Assembly: GCA_963750845.1 (NCBI GenBank) | Contig: CAVVSP010000010.1 | Location: forward strand, 32,932-96,931 | DNA from: an uncultured Acidobacteriaceae bacterium | GTDB lineage: Bacteria; Acidobacteriota; Terriglobia; Terriglobales; Acidobacteriaceae | Length of the DNA stretch: 64,000 nt | Direction: 5' to 3' | Notes under the pieces: model-generated | What the model was told of the DNA's origin: nothing | The model's database searches: none | Seen by the model: only the letters and a program-made list of their open reading frames with translations | Position numbers and translations under genes: made by a program | Shown here: positions 1 through 10,606 of the stretch, piece after piece | Layout of the letters: every line of letters begins with the position of its first letter | Numbering within the stretch: position 1 is the stretch's first letter

Positions 1-2
1 AA

Positions 3-1487
3 CGCGATGTGCTTACTAAGGAGCAAATCGCGCTGGCGCGTCCTGATGTGACGCACTTCAAATACGATCTGGCAGACGAATCCAATCGCGACTTGTCGCT
101 GGTGCCCACTCTCATGCGAGAGATGCTGGAGATGCTGGCATCGGGCGCGATCGCTCCGCTGCCGGTGAAGGAATTCGATAACCCGGGCGATGCGTTTCGT
201 TTCATGGCGCAGGCGCGGCATACGGGAAAAATCGCAGTGACGCGCCCAGGCGTCGTGCCTGATCCGATCGTGATCGACCCGGAGGCCACGTATTTGATCA
301 CGGGCGGCACTGGCGGTGTCGGTCTGCGTTTTGCGGAGTGGCTGGTAAGTCGCGGAGCCAGGCATCTTCAACTTCTGTCGCGAAGAGGCGGCGATGCAAC
401 CTCTGAAGCAGTCATCGCTCCGTTGCGAGCGAAAGGCGCGGACGTTCGCATTGCGCGAATCGATATTGCGGATGCGGCGGCGCTGAAGACCCTACTCGAA
501 GAAATTCCAAAGTCTGCGCCGCTCAAGGGCATATTGCATGCAGCCGGCGTGTTGGACGATCATAGCCTCCTGGGTCAGAGCTTTGCCTCCTTTGTTGAGG
601 TGGCCCGGCCAAAGTGGACTGGCGCGTGGAATCTGCATCTGCTGACGCGCGGTCTGAAGCTCGATTTTTTTGTGCTGTTCTCTTCCGCGACTGCGCTGAT
701 CGGCATGCCAGGTCAGGCCAATTACAGCGCGGCGAACAATATGCTCGGGGGACTCGCAGCGTATCGCCGTGGCCGTGGTCTGCCCGCACTCAGCATTGCG
801 TGGGGCCCCTGGGCGGGTGCCGGGATGGCAGCAGCTTTGCACCCGGCGGACTTCGGTTTCGGGTGGATCACTGCGGAGGAAGGAACGGCCGCCCTGGAAA
901 GATTGCTGACGACTGGCGAGGCCGAAGCGACGGTGCTGCCGGTGGCCTCATGGAATCGATTCGTAAGCCAGCGTTCTGCGGATGCGTCGGCCTTATTTTC
1001 TGGGTTGACGGATACATCGATACGCATAGCAAAGCTCGCCGAGAATCTTGTTTCGTCCCGGGAAAGCGAAGCGGAACGAAAGGCCAGCTTTGCCAAGCTG
1101 CTGCAGCAGGCTGGGCCTTCAGAACGGCGTGCGCTATTGACAGAACATCTGCGGCAACAGACGAGGCAGATTCTTTCGCTGACCACTGACAACGTGGTGG
1201 ACGAGGATGCGGCGCTGCATGATCTTGGCCTGGATTCGTTGATGGCCGTGGAACTACGAAATACGTTGCAGGTCTCGCTGGAGCGTCAGCTTTCCCCGAC
1301 TCTGGTGCTGGATTATCCGACACTGCGCGCGTTGCGGGAGAATCTCTTGACTGAAATGTTTGGTTCGCAAAAGGCACCAGACGCCGCCAGCGAATGGATG
1401 CACCAGATCGATGAATTGACTGACAGCGAAGCGGAAGCCTTGCTGCTGGAAGAACTGCAGAGGCCCGTCCATGCTGCAAAACGTTAA
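3..1487 (+). CDS. Type I PKS, C-terminal part (end of ER, then KR-ACP and C-terminal docking helix); 5' end lies outside the window
   Basis: The frame is open to the left edge. ER tail AFRFMAQARHTGKI; KR motifs ITGGTGGVG, HAAGVLDD (B-type) and YSAAN; ACP LGLDSL; acidic docking helix IDELTDSEAEALLLEEL. Confidence 0.95.
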   Translation, partial: RDVLTKEQIALARPDVTHFKYDLADESNRDLSLVPTLMREMLEMLASGAIAPLPVKEFDNPGDAFRFMAQARHTGKIAVTRPGVVPDPIVIDPEATYLITGGTGGVGLRFAEWLVSRGARHLQLLSRRGGDATSEAVIAPLRAKGADVRIARIDIADAAALKTLLEEIPKSAPLKGILHAAGVLDDHSLLGQSFASFVEVARPKWTGAWNLHLLTRGLKLDFFVLFSSATALIGMPGQANYSAANNMLGGLAAYRRGRGLPALSIAWGPWAGAGMAAALHPADFGFGWITAEEGTAALERLLTTGEAEATVLPVASWNRFVSQRSADASALFSGLTDTSIRIAKLAENLVSSRESEAERKASFAKLLQQAGPSERRALLTEHLRQQTRQILSLTTDNVVDEDAALHDLGLDSLMAVELRNTLQVSLERQLSPTLVLDYPTLRALRENLLTEMFGSQKAPDAASEWMHQIDELTDSEAEALLLEELQRPVHAAKR

Positions 1488-4400
1488 TCCGTTGCCTGCC
1501 GATATGCCCAACGCTGGTGAGCTGTCGCCGGTGAAACGGGCGCTGATCGAAATCCGGCATCTGCGTGAGGAGCTGGAAAAAAGCAAACGAGGCATGCATG
1601 AGCCAGTTGCCATTGTCGGCATGGCGATGCGGTTTCCTGGCGGCATCACGACGCCGGAGCGCTTCTGGGAGGCGCTGGCGGAAGGCGAAGATCTCATCGG
1701 AACAGTGCCAGCCGAACGCTGGGATGCCCGCGAGTATCTGAACACGGATCCCGATCATGCGGGAACCATGTACGACGGTCAAGGCGGCTTCCTGGCTGAT
1801 ATCGATGCATTCGATGCGGAGTTCTTTGGAATCAATCCCCGCGAAGCAGCAAGCATGGACCCGCAGCAAAGGATGCTACTGGAACTCACCTGGGAGGCTT
1901 TGGAGCGAGCGGCAATTGATCCAAAGGCGCTCTTCAATAGCGCTGCCGGTGTCTTTCTCGGTCTATCGAACTGCGACTACGCGCGGTACACAATGCGGGA
2001 TCCGCGGGAGATCGACGCTTATGCCAGTGTGGGCTGCACTTTGAGCATTGCGGCGGGACGTATTTCCTATTTTCTAGGTACCCACGGGCCAGCGATGGTT
2101 GTCGATACGGCATGTTCCTCATCGCTGGTAGCGCTCGATCTGGCCACGCAGAGTCTGCGCCGAGGCGAGATCGATCTTGCCATAGTCGGCGCCGCCAATC
2201 TCATCCTTACACCGGAGTACAGCGTCAGTTTCTCCCGCACACGGATGCTTTCTCCCCATGGTCGCTCAAAAACCTTCGATGCCTCGGCGGATGGTTATGT
2301 GCGGAGCGAAGGCTGCGGAGTCGTGATACTACGGCGGCTTGCCGACGCGAAACGCGACGGCGACCCTGTTCTGGCGAAGATCGTCGGCGTGGCTGTGAAC
2401 CAGGACGGACGGAGTGCAGGCATTACGGCCCCGAATGGCCCGGCGCAGGAAGCGGTAATCCGGGCGGCGCTTGACGATGCTCAGGTGGCTCCGACGGCGG
2501 TTAGTTTTGTTGAAACACACGGCACCGGAACGCCGCTGGGTGATCCGATGGAAGTGCAGGCATTGTCTGCCGTGTATGGAACTGGGCGCGACGGCGGAAC
2601 TCCGCTACACATCGGTTCGGTGAAGACGAACCTGGGACACGCCGAAGCGGCAGCCGGGATGGCCGGGCTGATGAAAGTGGTGCTCACCATGCAGCCAGGC
2701 CATGGAATCGCTCCGCATCTTCATTTCAAGGAGCCCAATCAGAAAATCGACTGGAAAAACCTGCCGATCAAGGTGCCGACGGCACTGACGCCATGGCCAC
2801 AAACGGACAGTGGAACTCGATACGCGGGACTGAGCTCATTTGGGTTCAGTGGAACCAACGCACACATAATTATTGCCTCTGCGGATGATGACGCTCCTGC
2901 CGCAGATGTGAAAGCTGGGCGCGACGATGCCGAGGCGGTCCTGGTGATCTCGGCATCGCATCCGGAGTCGCTGCGAAAACAAGCGGAGAGCTATACCGCG
3001 TTCCTTGAACAGACCACGGAGCGGTTTTCGGATATCTGTTTCACCGCTTTCACCGGCAGGGCCAGCCTGGAACATCGTCTGGCATTGCGAGCGCGGGATC
3101 CGAGGTCAGCGGCTTCCATGCTGGAACAGTGGCTTGCAGGAGAGAGTATCGCAGGGCTGGTATCGAAAGAATCGGCTCCCGACGTTGCAAAAGACAAGAC
3201 CATGCAGTTGCTCGTCCGGTATATCCAGGGCGAGTCGTTGAGCTGGGAAGATCTGCTCGCGGCAGGTGAACAGCGGCGCGTGGCGCTGCCTGTCTATCCG
3301 TTTCGCAAGATGCGCTATTGGTTTGGCCCGGATCCGAAGAAGAAGCGGCAGATGGATCGTGAGCGGATATGGCAAAGTGCGGTAGCTGCGGCTGAACTGC
3401 AAAGCCGTCAGGGACCCCTTGGATGGGATCCAGGATCGTATGCCGAGAGATGGTCGACCTTGCATCGACTTACGTTGGCGCATGCGCAAAATGTCCTGGC
3501 CGAAGCCGGAGCATTTCGACAACAGCAGCTTGTGAGTGCAGACGATGTGCTGTCACAGGGTGGTTTCCAGCCACTCTATCGCAAGCTGGTGCAGCGTTGG
3601 CTCAAAGGCCTGGCTTCGAGCGGAGCGTTGGTGGCCGAAGGAGATCGCTTCCGTGCACCGGCGGCTTTTGGTGCAGCATCGCTTGAAAGACACTGGAGCG
3701 AGACCGAACAACAGCTTTGGAACAATCCCGGGATGCTGGCGTATCTGCGGCAGTGCAGCGCCCTGCTCGGTGATGTGCTGACGGGAAGAAAGAGTTCGCT
3801 GGAGACACTGTTTCCTCAAGGATCGTTCTCCATCGCGGAGGGCCTCTACGAAACCGGTCCAGAAGCACGATTCCTGAATCCGATCGCCGCTGCCGCGGTG
3901 AATCAGGTCGCGCGAGGTCTGGGACAAAGACGCAACGCACGCGTATTGGAAATCGGTGGCGGCACCGGAGGAACGACTTCCGCGATTCTTCCAATGCTTC
4001 CTGCAGGGCAGGCCGAGTACTGGTTCACAGACGTCTCCGAGCTCTTTCTCAACCGAGCGCAACGAAGGTTCGGTGCATATCCTTTCGTTCACTATGCGTT
4101 ATTCGATCTCGATCGTCCGCTCGAAGAGCAGGGTATCGGCGCCGGGCAGTTTGATGTGGTCGTGGCGGCGAATGTCATCCACGCATCGCGCAATCTAAAC
4201 CTGGCGCTCGAGCGGGTGCGGCGATTGCTGGCACCGGGCGGAATCCTCGTGCTGCTGGAATGCACGACGCATCATAGCCATTTTGATATGAGTGTTGGGT
4301 TGATTGAAGGCTGGCAGCACTTCGAAGACGACATACGCCAGGAACATCCGTTGCTGCACGTCGAGCAGTGGAGGAATCTCCTCGAAGCAAACGGATTTTC

Positions 4401-5010
4401 ATCGATGATGGCTCTTCCCGAATTGGATTCACCCGCTTCCGCAGTTGGCCAACACATCCTGATTGCGCGAAGTCTAGAAGCAGGTCAACTCGACTCCGAT
4501 GCAACGTTCCAGAACTTTGTGGCGGATGTTGCGGCGTCGAGATCGAGCGAGCCGATGCAGCCGATCAGCATCGACGGGCGTGATGTCACCGACAGACTGC
4601 GCACGCTCTCTCCGAATGAGCGCGAACAAGCAGTCCTCGATCTTGTGCGGACAACAATCAAGCATGTCTTTAACCTGCCCCAGCGGGCCGAAGAACTGAC
4701 GCCTCGAGATCGGTTGAGCGACCTGGGAATGGATTCCTTGATCGCGCTCGAGTTGCGGGCGGAGCTGGCCAAGGTATTCGGACTGGAAGCCCAGATTTCG
4801 TCGACCATTGCGTTCGATACGGGCACGGTTGGGGAACTGGCCAAAGCTTTGCTGCGAGCAGCGGAAGCTCCCGGACGTGAGGAGATTCAGAGCAGCGAGG
4901 CGGAGGTCCAGAATCTCCCGTCAGTTGCGCAGGTGACGTTGGATGAGCTGAACGAGATGACGGACGAGGATGTGGAGCGGCTCCTGAGTGAGAGGTTGAG
5001 CAGGCGATGA
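1471..5010 (+). CDS. Type I PKS module KS-[no AT]-methyltransferase-ACP
   Basis: KS triad intact (DTACSSS, HGTGT, NLGHAE). The KS-AT linker runs directly into LPVYPF..RYW, with no GQG or GHSxG AT motifs. SAM motif VLEIGGGTGG plus NVIHA and GLIEGW (C-MT-like). ACP LGMDSL. Confidence 0.93.
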   Translation: MLQNVNPLPADMPNAGELSPVKRALIEIRHLREELEKSKRGMHEPVAIVGMAMRFPGGITTPERFWEALAEGEDLIGTVPAERWDAREYLNTDPDHAGTMYDGQGGFLADIDAFDAEFFGINPREAASMDPQQRMLLELTWEALERAAIDPKALFNSAAGVFLGLSNCDYARYTMRDPREIDAYASVGCTLSIAAGRISYFLGTHGPAMVVDTACSSSLVALDLATQSLRRGEIDLAIVGAANLILTPEYSVSFSRTRMLSPHGRSKTFDASADGYVRSEGCGVVILRRLADAKRDGDPVLAKIVGVAVNQDGRSAGITAPNGPAQEAVIRAALDDAQVAPTAVSFVETHGTGTPLGDPMEVQALSAVYGTGRDGGTPLHIGSVKTNLGHAEAAAGMAGLMKVVLTMQPGHGIAPHLHFKEPNQKIDWKNLPIKVPTALTPWPQTDSGTRYAGLSSFGFSGTNAHIIIASADDDAPAADVKAGRDDAEAVLVISASHPESLRKQAESYTAFLEQTTERFSDICFTAFTGRASLEHRLALRARDPRSAASMLEQWLAGESIAGLVSKESAPDVAKDKTMQLLVRYIQGESLSWEDLLAAGEQRRVALPVYPFRKMRYWFGPDPKKKRQMDRERIWQSAVAAAELQSRQGPLGWDPGSYAERWSTLHRLTLAHAQNVLAEAGAFRQQQLVSADDVLSQGGFQPLYRKLVQRWLKGLASSGALVAEGDRFRAPAAFGAASLERHWSETEQQLWNNPGMLAYLRQCSALLGDVLTGRKSSLETLFPQGSFSIAEGLYETGPEARFLNPIAAAAVNQVARGLGQRRNARVLEIGGGTGGTTSAILPMLPAGQAEYWFTDVSELFLNRAQRRFGAYPFVHYALFDLDRPLEEQGIGAGQFDVVVAANVIHASRNLNLALERVRRLLAPGGILVLLECTTHHSHFDMSVGLIEGWQHFEDDIRQEHPLLHVEQWRNLLEANGFSSMMALPELDSPASAVGQHILIARSLEAGQLDSDATFQNFVADVAASRSSEPMQPISIDGRDVTDRLRTLSPNEREQAVLDLVRTTIKHVFNLPQRAEELTPRDRLSDLGMDSLIALELRAELAKVFGLEAQISSTIAFDTGTVGELAKALLRAAEAPGREEIQSSEAEVQNLPSVAQVTLDELNEMTDEDVERLLSERLSRR

Positions 5011-8000
5011 CACAGACAGGCAAATCTGAGCAGTCTGGAGCGCAACTATCTCCATTGAAGCAGGCTTTTCTCGCTCTGCAAGCGGCGCAGTCCCGCGTGG
5101 ATGAACTTGAACGGGAACGCTCGGAGCCCGTCGCCATCATAGGCATCGGATGCCGTGTTCCAGGTGGCGGTGAGGGATATGAAGGCTTCTGGAAGCTGCT
5201 GCAAGAAAAAGGAATCGCCGTCAGCGATGGGATGGAGCGCCGGCTGACTTCCGTCGGCCGTAAGGTGCCGTTGCCCGAGGCCGCGCGATGGGCCGGCCTT
5301 CTGGACGAAATAGACGGCTTCGATCCGCAGCACTTCGGTATCTCGCCACGTGAGGCGGTCGGGATCGATCCGCAACAGAGGCTGCTTCTGGAGACATGCT
5401 GGGAAGCGCTTGAAGATGCTGGCGTAGACCCATTCTCGTTGTATCAGTCTCCTACCGGAGTTTACCTCGGCATCGCGACGCACGATTATGCGCATTTACA
5501 AATGCCGGGAATCGGCTTGGGGACGGTCAGTCCTCACTTCGCATCGGGAATTGCATCGAGTGTTGCAGCAGGCCGAATCTCTTATGTGCTCGGATTGAAT
5601 GGGCCATGTGTTTCCCTCGACACAGCCTGCTCTTCTTCGCTGGTGGGTTTGCATCTGGCGTGCGACGCCCTCCGCCGCGATGATTGCTCGATAGCGCTGG
5701 CAGCGGGGGTGAACGTGATCCTCTCGCCGGAGTATCCTATCGCTTTCGCTGAAACCGGCATGCTCTCTCCGCGGGGTCTCTGCCACACCTTCGATGAGGC
5801 CGCGGACGGTTTCGTGCGCGGAGAGGGTTGCGGTGTAGTGGTTCTCAAACGGCTGCGGGATGCCCAGGCATCCGGCGATCGCATTCTTGCAGTAGTGCTG
5901 GGTTCGGCGGTGAATCACGACGGCGCGGCGAGCGGACTGACCGTGCCTAACGGGCAGGCTCAGCAGGAATTGTTGCGGCAGGCTCATGCGAATGCGCGGG
6001 TGGAAGCGCGACAGGTTGGTTACGTCGAAGCGCACGGCACTGGGACTTCATTAGGCGATCCCATCGAGATTGAGGCATTAGGATCGGTCTTCGGGGCAGG
6101 ACGTAAGCGGGAGCACCCGCTCCTGCTGGGATCGGTGAAGGCGAACCTCGGGCATCTGGAGGCCGCAGCAGGCATCGTCGGAGTCATCAAAGTCGTATTG
6201 AGCCTGCAACACGGAGAGATTCCTCCTCAGCCACGATTGAATCGTCTGAACCCGCATGTTCGCTGGGGTGAGCTTCCGCTCGAGGTCGTGACAGATCAGC
6301 AATCGTGGCCCACGATCGAGGGTCGCCGGATTGCAGGTGTGAGTTCCTTCGGGTTCAGTGGAACGAACGCGCACGTTGTCCTGGAAGGCTTCGCAGAAGC
6401 CGCTCTGCCGGCCCCGGAGGTGCGGCGCGCAGAAGTGCTTGTCCTTACCGCCAGGACCGCGACCGCGCTGCGTCAACTTGCAGAGCGGTATGTGCAGTTT
6501 CTGGAGCGCACCGAGGAAGATTGGGGAGATATCTGTCACACGGCTGCGTCAGGCCGCGCGGTCTTTGGCGAGCGCCTCGCGGTTGTTGCAGCCGATAAAG
6601 AGGCGGCCGCGGATTCTCTGAGGGACTGGATCGAGAGGGGTTTGGAATCGGATGCGGTCTTCGGAGGCAGAGTTCGTGCAGGCGATGCAGTGACGCAGCG
6701 GAAGCTGGAACTGCCTGCGGCGGGTATCACCACCGATAACGAATGGTTGTCTCTGGCAAAGGAAGTCGCGGTTGCGTTTGTCCACGGCATCCCAGTCGAT
6801 TGGAATGCATGGAGGAGGGGTCTTAGTCGGCGCAAGGTGGCCCTGCCGACTTATCCCTTTCAACGCGAGCGGTATTGGGTGGAAGCTCCACGACGCAGAA
6901 ACGAGATTGCGGGCGAAGCGACAGGCCGGATTTTGCTTGGAAGTCGTCTACCGGTGGCCGGAGTGGGCGCGCAGTTTCAAACCGAGCTGTCGGTTGAGGG
7001 CGCGAACAGTTGGATCTCCGAGCATGTGATGGGCGGGCGCACAGTCTTTCCCCTGACGGGACACATTGAACTGATGCTCGAAGCTGGGGCGGAAGCTTTG
7101 GGCGCGGGAGCGATGCTGGAGGATATCGCGCTGCACCGGCCGCTGGTGGTCGATGGCGCGAGCACGATACAGGTGGTTGTAGGGAACGAGGCCCAGGGGC
7201 GCACCCATGTGCAGTCATACGTAGCGGATGCGGATGACGGCTGGCTGCCGATCTCTGAGGGATGGCTTTGCTCGGAGGACAAGAGCAGAAAAGACCATGT
7301 CGAGGATCGACTGGACCTCGAAGCGATTCGCACTCGTTTAGGCGAGCCGCGAGATGCTGCGGAATTCTATGCGAGTGCCGCCACCGACGGAGCCAACTTC
7401 GGCCCACGATTCCAGGGGATTGAACGGTTGTGGACGAGTACGCATGAGGCCTTGGCCGAGGTTGGCGTGCGGGCTGCGGAAGAGAACTATGTATTCGCAC
7501 CTTGGCGTCTGGATGCTTGCCTGCAGTTGATCGCAGCGGTGCGTCCAGATGCGGATATGTATCTGCCTTCGAACGTCGGAGAGATTCGTCTCTACGGAAA
7601 GCCTGGCGAGTATTGCTGGAGTCATCTCCGCAGCCGCCAGACCGACGCCGATACCCTCGCCGTGGATGTGACAGTGGCACATCCCAATGGCAGCGTGCTG
7701 GCAGTCGTTCGCGACATGTTATTCCGCAGGTTTACTCCAGGAAAGGTGGATACCACTTCCTGGTTCTACCGTCTGGCGTGGAAGGTGGCGACGGCTGAGA
7801 TCACGGGGCAGCCTGCGATCCAGCGCGCGATATTGATCGGGCGCTCTTGCAGAATGCCGGAAATAGCAGCATCTTTGCGCGAAAAAGGTGTTTCTGTGCA
7901 GATCTTCGCAGACGCCACGCAACTGCAGTCTTCGGAGGCCGATGTGGTGCTCTGTTTCTTATCGAAAGATGCGAAAGATACTCCGCTCGAAATTGGCCAT

Positions 8001-10589
8001 GTCGTCGAGCGAGCGGAAGAGCATGTGCGATTGCTGCTCGAAACTGTGCATAGGCTGCTGGATGCCTCCACGAAGCGCACACCACGCGTCTATGTTGTGA
8101 CGGAAGATGCATGCGCGGTGCGACCGGAGACATCTGACGCTATCAGCCTGATTCAGAGTTCTTTGGCGGGTGCAGTGATTTCCATCGGATTGGAAGCTCC
8201 GGAGTTGCGTTGCACCCTGCTCGACTTAAGCAGTACCGAGAGCGGTCTTTCAGCGGAACAGATTGCCGCTGAAGTCATGTCGGAAGCAGATGATCTTCGC
8301 GTGGCATTTCGCTCCGACCAGCGATATGGAGCCCGGCTGGAGCGAGTGCCGCTCTCTGAAATGTCTCGCGGAGAGCAACAGGCAACAAGGCTTGTACTCG
8401 GGACGGGCATCGAGGGGCTCACGTATGAGACTGTGGAACGGCAGCCGCTGCAGCCCGATGAGATAGAAATTGAGGTGCGAGCGACCGCGCTCAACTTCCG
8501 CGATGTACTGAAGGCGACGGGCCTACTGGAGCACGCCGGACCAATCGGAACAGATTGCAGTGGCGTGATTTTGCGGACTGGCGCTGCCGTCACCGCGTTT
8601 AAGATAGGCGATCCCGTAGTCGCGATTGCTCCTGGATGCTTCGCGAGCCATGTGGTCACCGTGGATGCACTCGCAGTGCGCAAGCCCGATGAGCTTTCCT
8701 TCGAGCAGGCGGCGGCGCAGACCGTTGCGTATCTCACTTCCGACTACTGCTTGAACGAGTTTGCCCATATCCGGAAAGGAGAGCGTGTGTTGATCCACGC
8801 CGCGGCGGGAGGCGTCGGTTTGGCTGCAGTGCATTTGTGCCAGCGTGCCGGGGCTGAGATATTCGCGACAGCCGGAAGCGACCAGAAGCGCGAGTATCTC
8901 CGCAACCTGGGTATCGAACATGTCCTGGACTCCCGCAGCCTGGATTTCCGCAACCAGATCATTGGCGGCGTAGACGTGGTCCTGAACTCATTGGCTGGTG
9001 AAGCGATCGACGCCGGACTGGATCTCCTGCGACCGAACGGACGATTTATCGAGCTGGGCAAGACGGACATCCGCGAAGCCGGCGCCATTGAAAGACGCTG
9101 GCCGGGTATCCAGTACATTGTGGCCGACCTCACGGTTCTGTTCGAGGAACGGTCTCCCTGGATTCGCGAACACTTGACGGCCCTATTGAACGAGATTGCG
9201 CGAGGGGATCTACCGGCCTTGCCGTCGGCGGTCTACGAGGAACGAGAGACAAAGCAGGCTTTCCGCCACATGGCCGCTGCAAAGCATATCGGCCGGCTGG
9301 TGATCCGTTCCGCGGTGGTGGACTTCGCCGGGGGCGCACATCTGATCACGGGCGGCTTGCGCGGCATTGGGCTAAGGCTGGCGGAGTGGCTGGTAGAGCA
9401 GGGCGCCCGCGATCTCGTCCTCGCCGGAAGGCAGCAGCCATCGGGAGAAGCGCTCGCAGTAATTAGGCAGATGGAGATTTCTGGAGCGAAGGTGCGCGTG
9501 GTGCAGGGGGATGTGGCGGAGTTCGCATCTGCACAACGCATGGTAGCCGAAGCGGGAGCATCGCTGCGAGGAGTGTGGCACTGTGCCGGCGTAATCGACG
9601 ATGGAGCGCTCGCCGAGCAGTACTGGGAGCGGTTCGCCAGGGTGATGAACCCGAAGGTGGAAGGCAGTTGGAATCTGCATGTGCTGACACGCGAGTTGCG
9701 GCCTGAGTTCTTCGTGCTCTTTTCTTCGTGGGCATCGGTTGCGGGTTCACGAGGACAGGCGAACTACAGTGCCGCAAATGCGTTTCTCGACGGGCTCGCA
9801 ATGCATCGCAGGACGGAGGGGCTGTCTGCGCTTTGTGTGGATTGGGGTGCCTGGGGCGAGAGCGGTATGGCTGCGGGGGCGACCATGCAGCGGTACCTGG
9901 CACGGGCAGGCATGGAGAGTATGCGGCCGCAGGATGCGTTTACTGCGCTCATCTCTGCGCTGCGCACCGGAGAGTCGCGCCTGGCCATTGCCTCGATACA
10001 GTGGCCCATCTATCTGGAGCAGGTTCCGAGTTCGCAGCGTAGCTTTTATGCGGAACGGATCGAAGAGGTCGCGTCCGCAGGCAAGCTTCGGCAGGGGCTC
10101 CCGGCGGCTCGCTCCGGCGGCAAATCTCAGCCTTCGGCTGATGCACGAGCATTGCAAGCCGGCCGCGTCCTTTCGGAGATACTCGCGTCTCCTGCATCCG
10201 CGCGGCGCGATACGCTGCAACGCGTTATTGAAGATGTCGTGCGCCGAACGCTGGATCTGCGCCCATCTGACGAGATCGATCCGGAAGTGACCTTTAACGA
10301 TCTCGGGATGGACTCTCTGCTGGCGATCGAATTACGCAACAGCTTGTCCACGATTTTGGAGCGGAGGCTGCCTTCGACGCTGCTTTTTGATTATCCAACC
10401 TTGCGCAAGTTGGCCCGGTTCCTGGAGGAGGAGCTTTTCCCGAATGTCTTGCGGGAGGAGACCGCCATGGTAACTCTCTCCATCGCGCCGGAGCCGGATG
10501 ACGAGATAGAAACGCTGAGCATTCTCGATGAGATTGAGCAGCTGTCAGATGAAGAGGTGGATTCGATTCTGGGGAAAGGTGCTTACTGA
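5007..10589 (+). CDS. Type I PKS module KS-[no AT]-DH-ER-KR-ACP (fully reducing)
   Basis: KS DTACSSS, HGTGT, NLGHLE; no AT motifs. DH HVMGGRTVFP and LDACLQ; ER LNFRD and LIHAAAGGVG; KR GGLRGIG, VIDD, YSAAN; ACP LGMDSL. ATGA overlap with the previous gene. Confidence 0.94.
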   Translation: MTQTGKSEQSGAQLSPLKQAFLALQAAQSRVDELERERSEPVAIIGIGCRVPGGGEGYEGFWKLLQEKGIAVSDGMERRLTSVGRKVPLPEAARWAGLLDEIDGFDPQHFGISPREAVGIDPQQRLLLETCWEALEDAGVDPFSLYQSPTGVYLGIATHDYAHLQMPGIGLGTVSPHFASGIASSVAAGRISYVLGLNGPCVSLDTACSSSLVGLHLACDALRRDDCSIALAAGVNVILSPEYPIAFAETGMLSPRGLCHTFDEAADGFVRGEGCGVVVLKRLRDAQASGDRILAVVLGSAVNHDGAASGLTVPNGQAQQELLRQAHANARVEARQVGYVEAHGTGTSLGDPIEIEALGSVFGAGRKREHPLLLGSVKANLGHLEAAAGIVGVIKVVLSLQHGEIPPQPRLNRLNPHVRWGELPLEVVTDQQSWPTIEGRRIAGVSSFGFSGTNAHVVLEGFAEAALPAPEVRRAEVLVLTARTATALRQLAERYVQFLERTEEDWGDICHTAASGRAVFGERLAVVAADKEAAADSLRDWIERGLESDAVFGGRVRAGDAVTQRKLELPAAGITTDNEWLSLAKEVAVAFVHGIPVDWNAWRRGLSRRKVALPTYPFQRERYWVEAPRRRNEIAGEATGRILLGSRLPVAGVGAQFQTELSVEGANSWISEHVMGGRTVFPLTGHIELMLEAGAEALGAGAMLEDIALHRPLVVDGASTIQVVVGNEAQGRTHVQSYVADADDGWLPISEGWLCSEDKSRKDHVEDRLDLEAIRTRLGEPRDAAEFYASAATDGANFGPRFQGIERLWTSTHEALAEVGVRAAEENYVFAPWRLDACLQLIAAVRPDADMYLPSNVGEIRLYGKPGEYCWSHLRSRQTDADTLAVDVTVAHPNGSVLAVVRDMLFRRFTPGKVDTTSWFYRLAWKVATAEITGQPAIQRAILIGRSCRMPEIAASLREKGVSVQIFADATQLQSSEADVVLCFLSKDAKDTPLEIGHVVERAEEHVRLLLETVHRLLDASTKRTPRVYVVTEDACAVRPETSDAISLIQSSLAGAVISIGLEAPELRCTLLDLSSTESGLSAEQIAAEVMSEADDLRVAFRSDQRYGARLERVPLSEMSRGEQQATRLVLGTGIEGLTYETVERQPLQPDEIEIEVRATALNFRDVLKATGLLEHAGPIGTDCSGVILRTGAAVTAFKIGDPVVAIAPGCFASHVVTVDALAVRKPDELSFEQAAAQTVAYLTSDYCLNEFAHIRKGERVLIHAAAGGVGLAAVHLCQRAGAEIFATAGSDQKREYLRNLGIEHVLDSRSLDFRNQIIGGVDVVLNSLAGEAIDAGLDLLRPNGRFIELGKTDIREAGAIERRWPGIQYIVADLTVLFEERSPWIREHLTALLNEIARGDLPALPSAVYEERETKQAFRHMAAAKHIGRLVIRSAVVDFAGGAHLITGGLRGIGLRLAEWLVEQGARDLVLAGRQQPSGEALAVIRQMEISGAKVRVVQGDVAEFASAQRMVAEAGASLRGVWHCAGVIDDGALAEQYWERFARVMNPKVEGSWNLHVLTRELRPEFFVLFSSWASVAGSRGQANYSAANAFLDGLAMHRRTEGLSALCVDWGAWGESGMAAGATMQRYLARAGMESMRPQDAFTALISALRTGESRLAIASIQWPIYLEQVPSSQRSFYAERIEEVASAGKLRQGLPAARSGGKSQPSADARALQAGRVLSEILASPASARRDTLQRVIEDVVRRTLDLRPSDEIDPEVTFNDLGMDSLLAIELRNSLSTILERRLPSTLLFDYPTLRKLARFLEEELFPNVLREETAMVTLSIAPEPDDEIETLSILDEIEQLSDEEVDSILGKGAY

Positions 10590-10606
10590 GAGCACATAGG
10601 GAGGAA

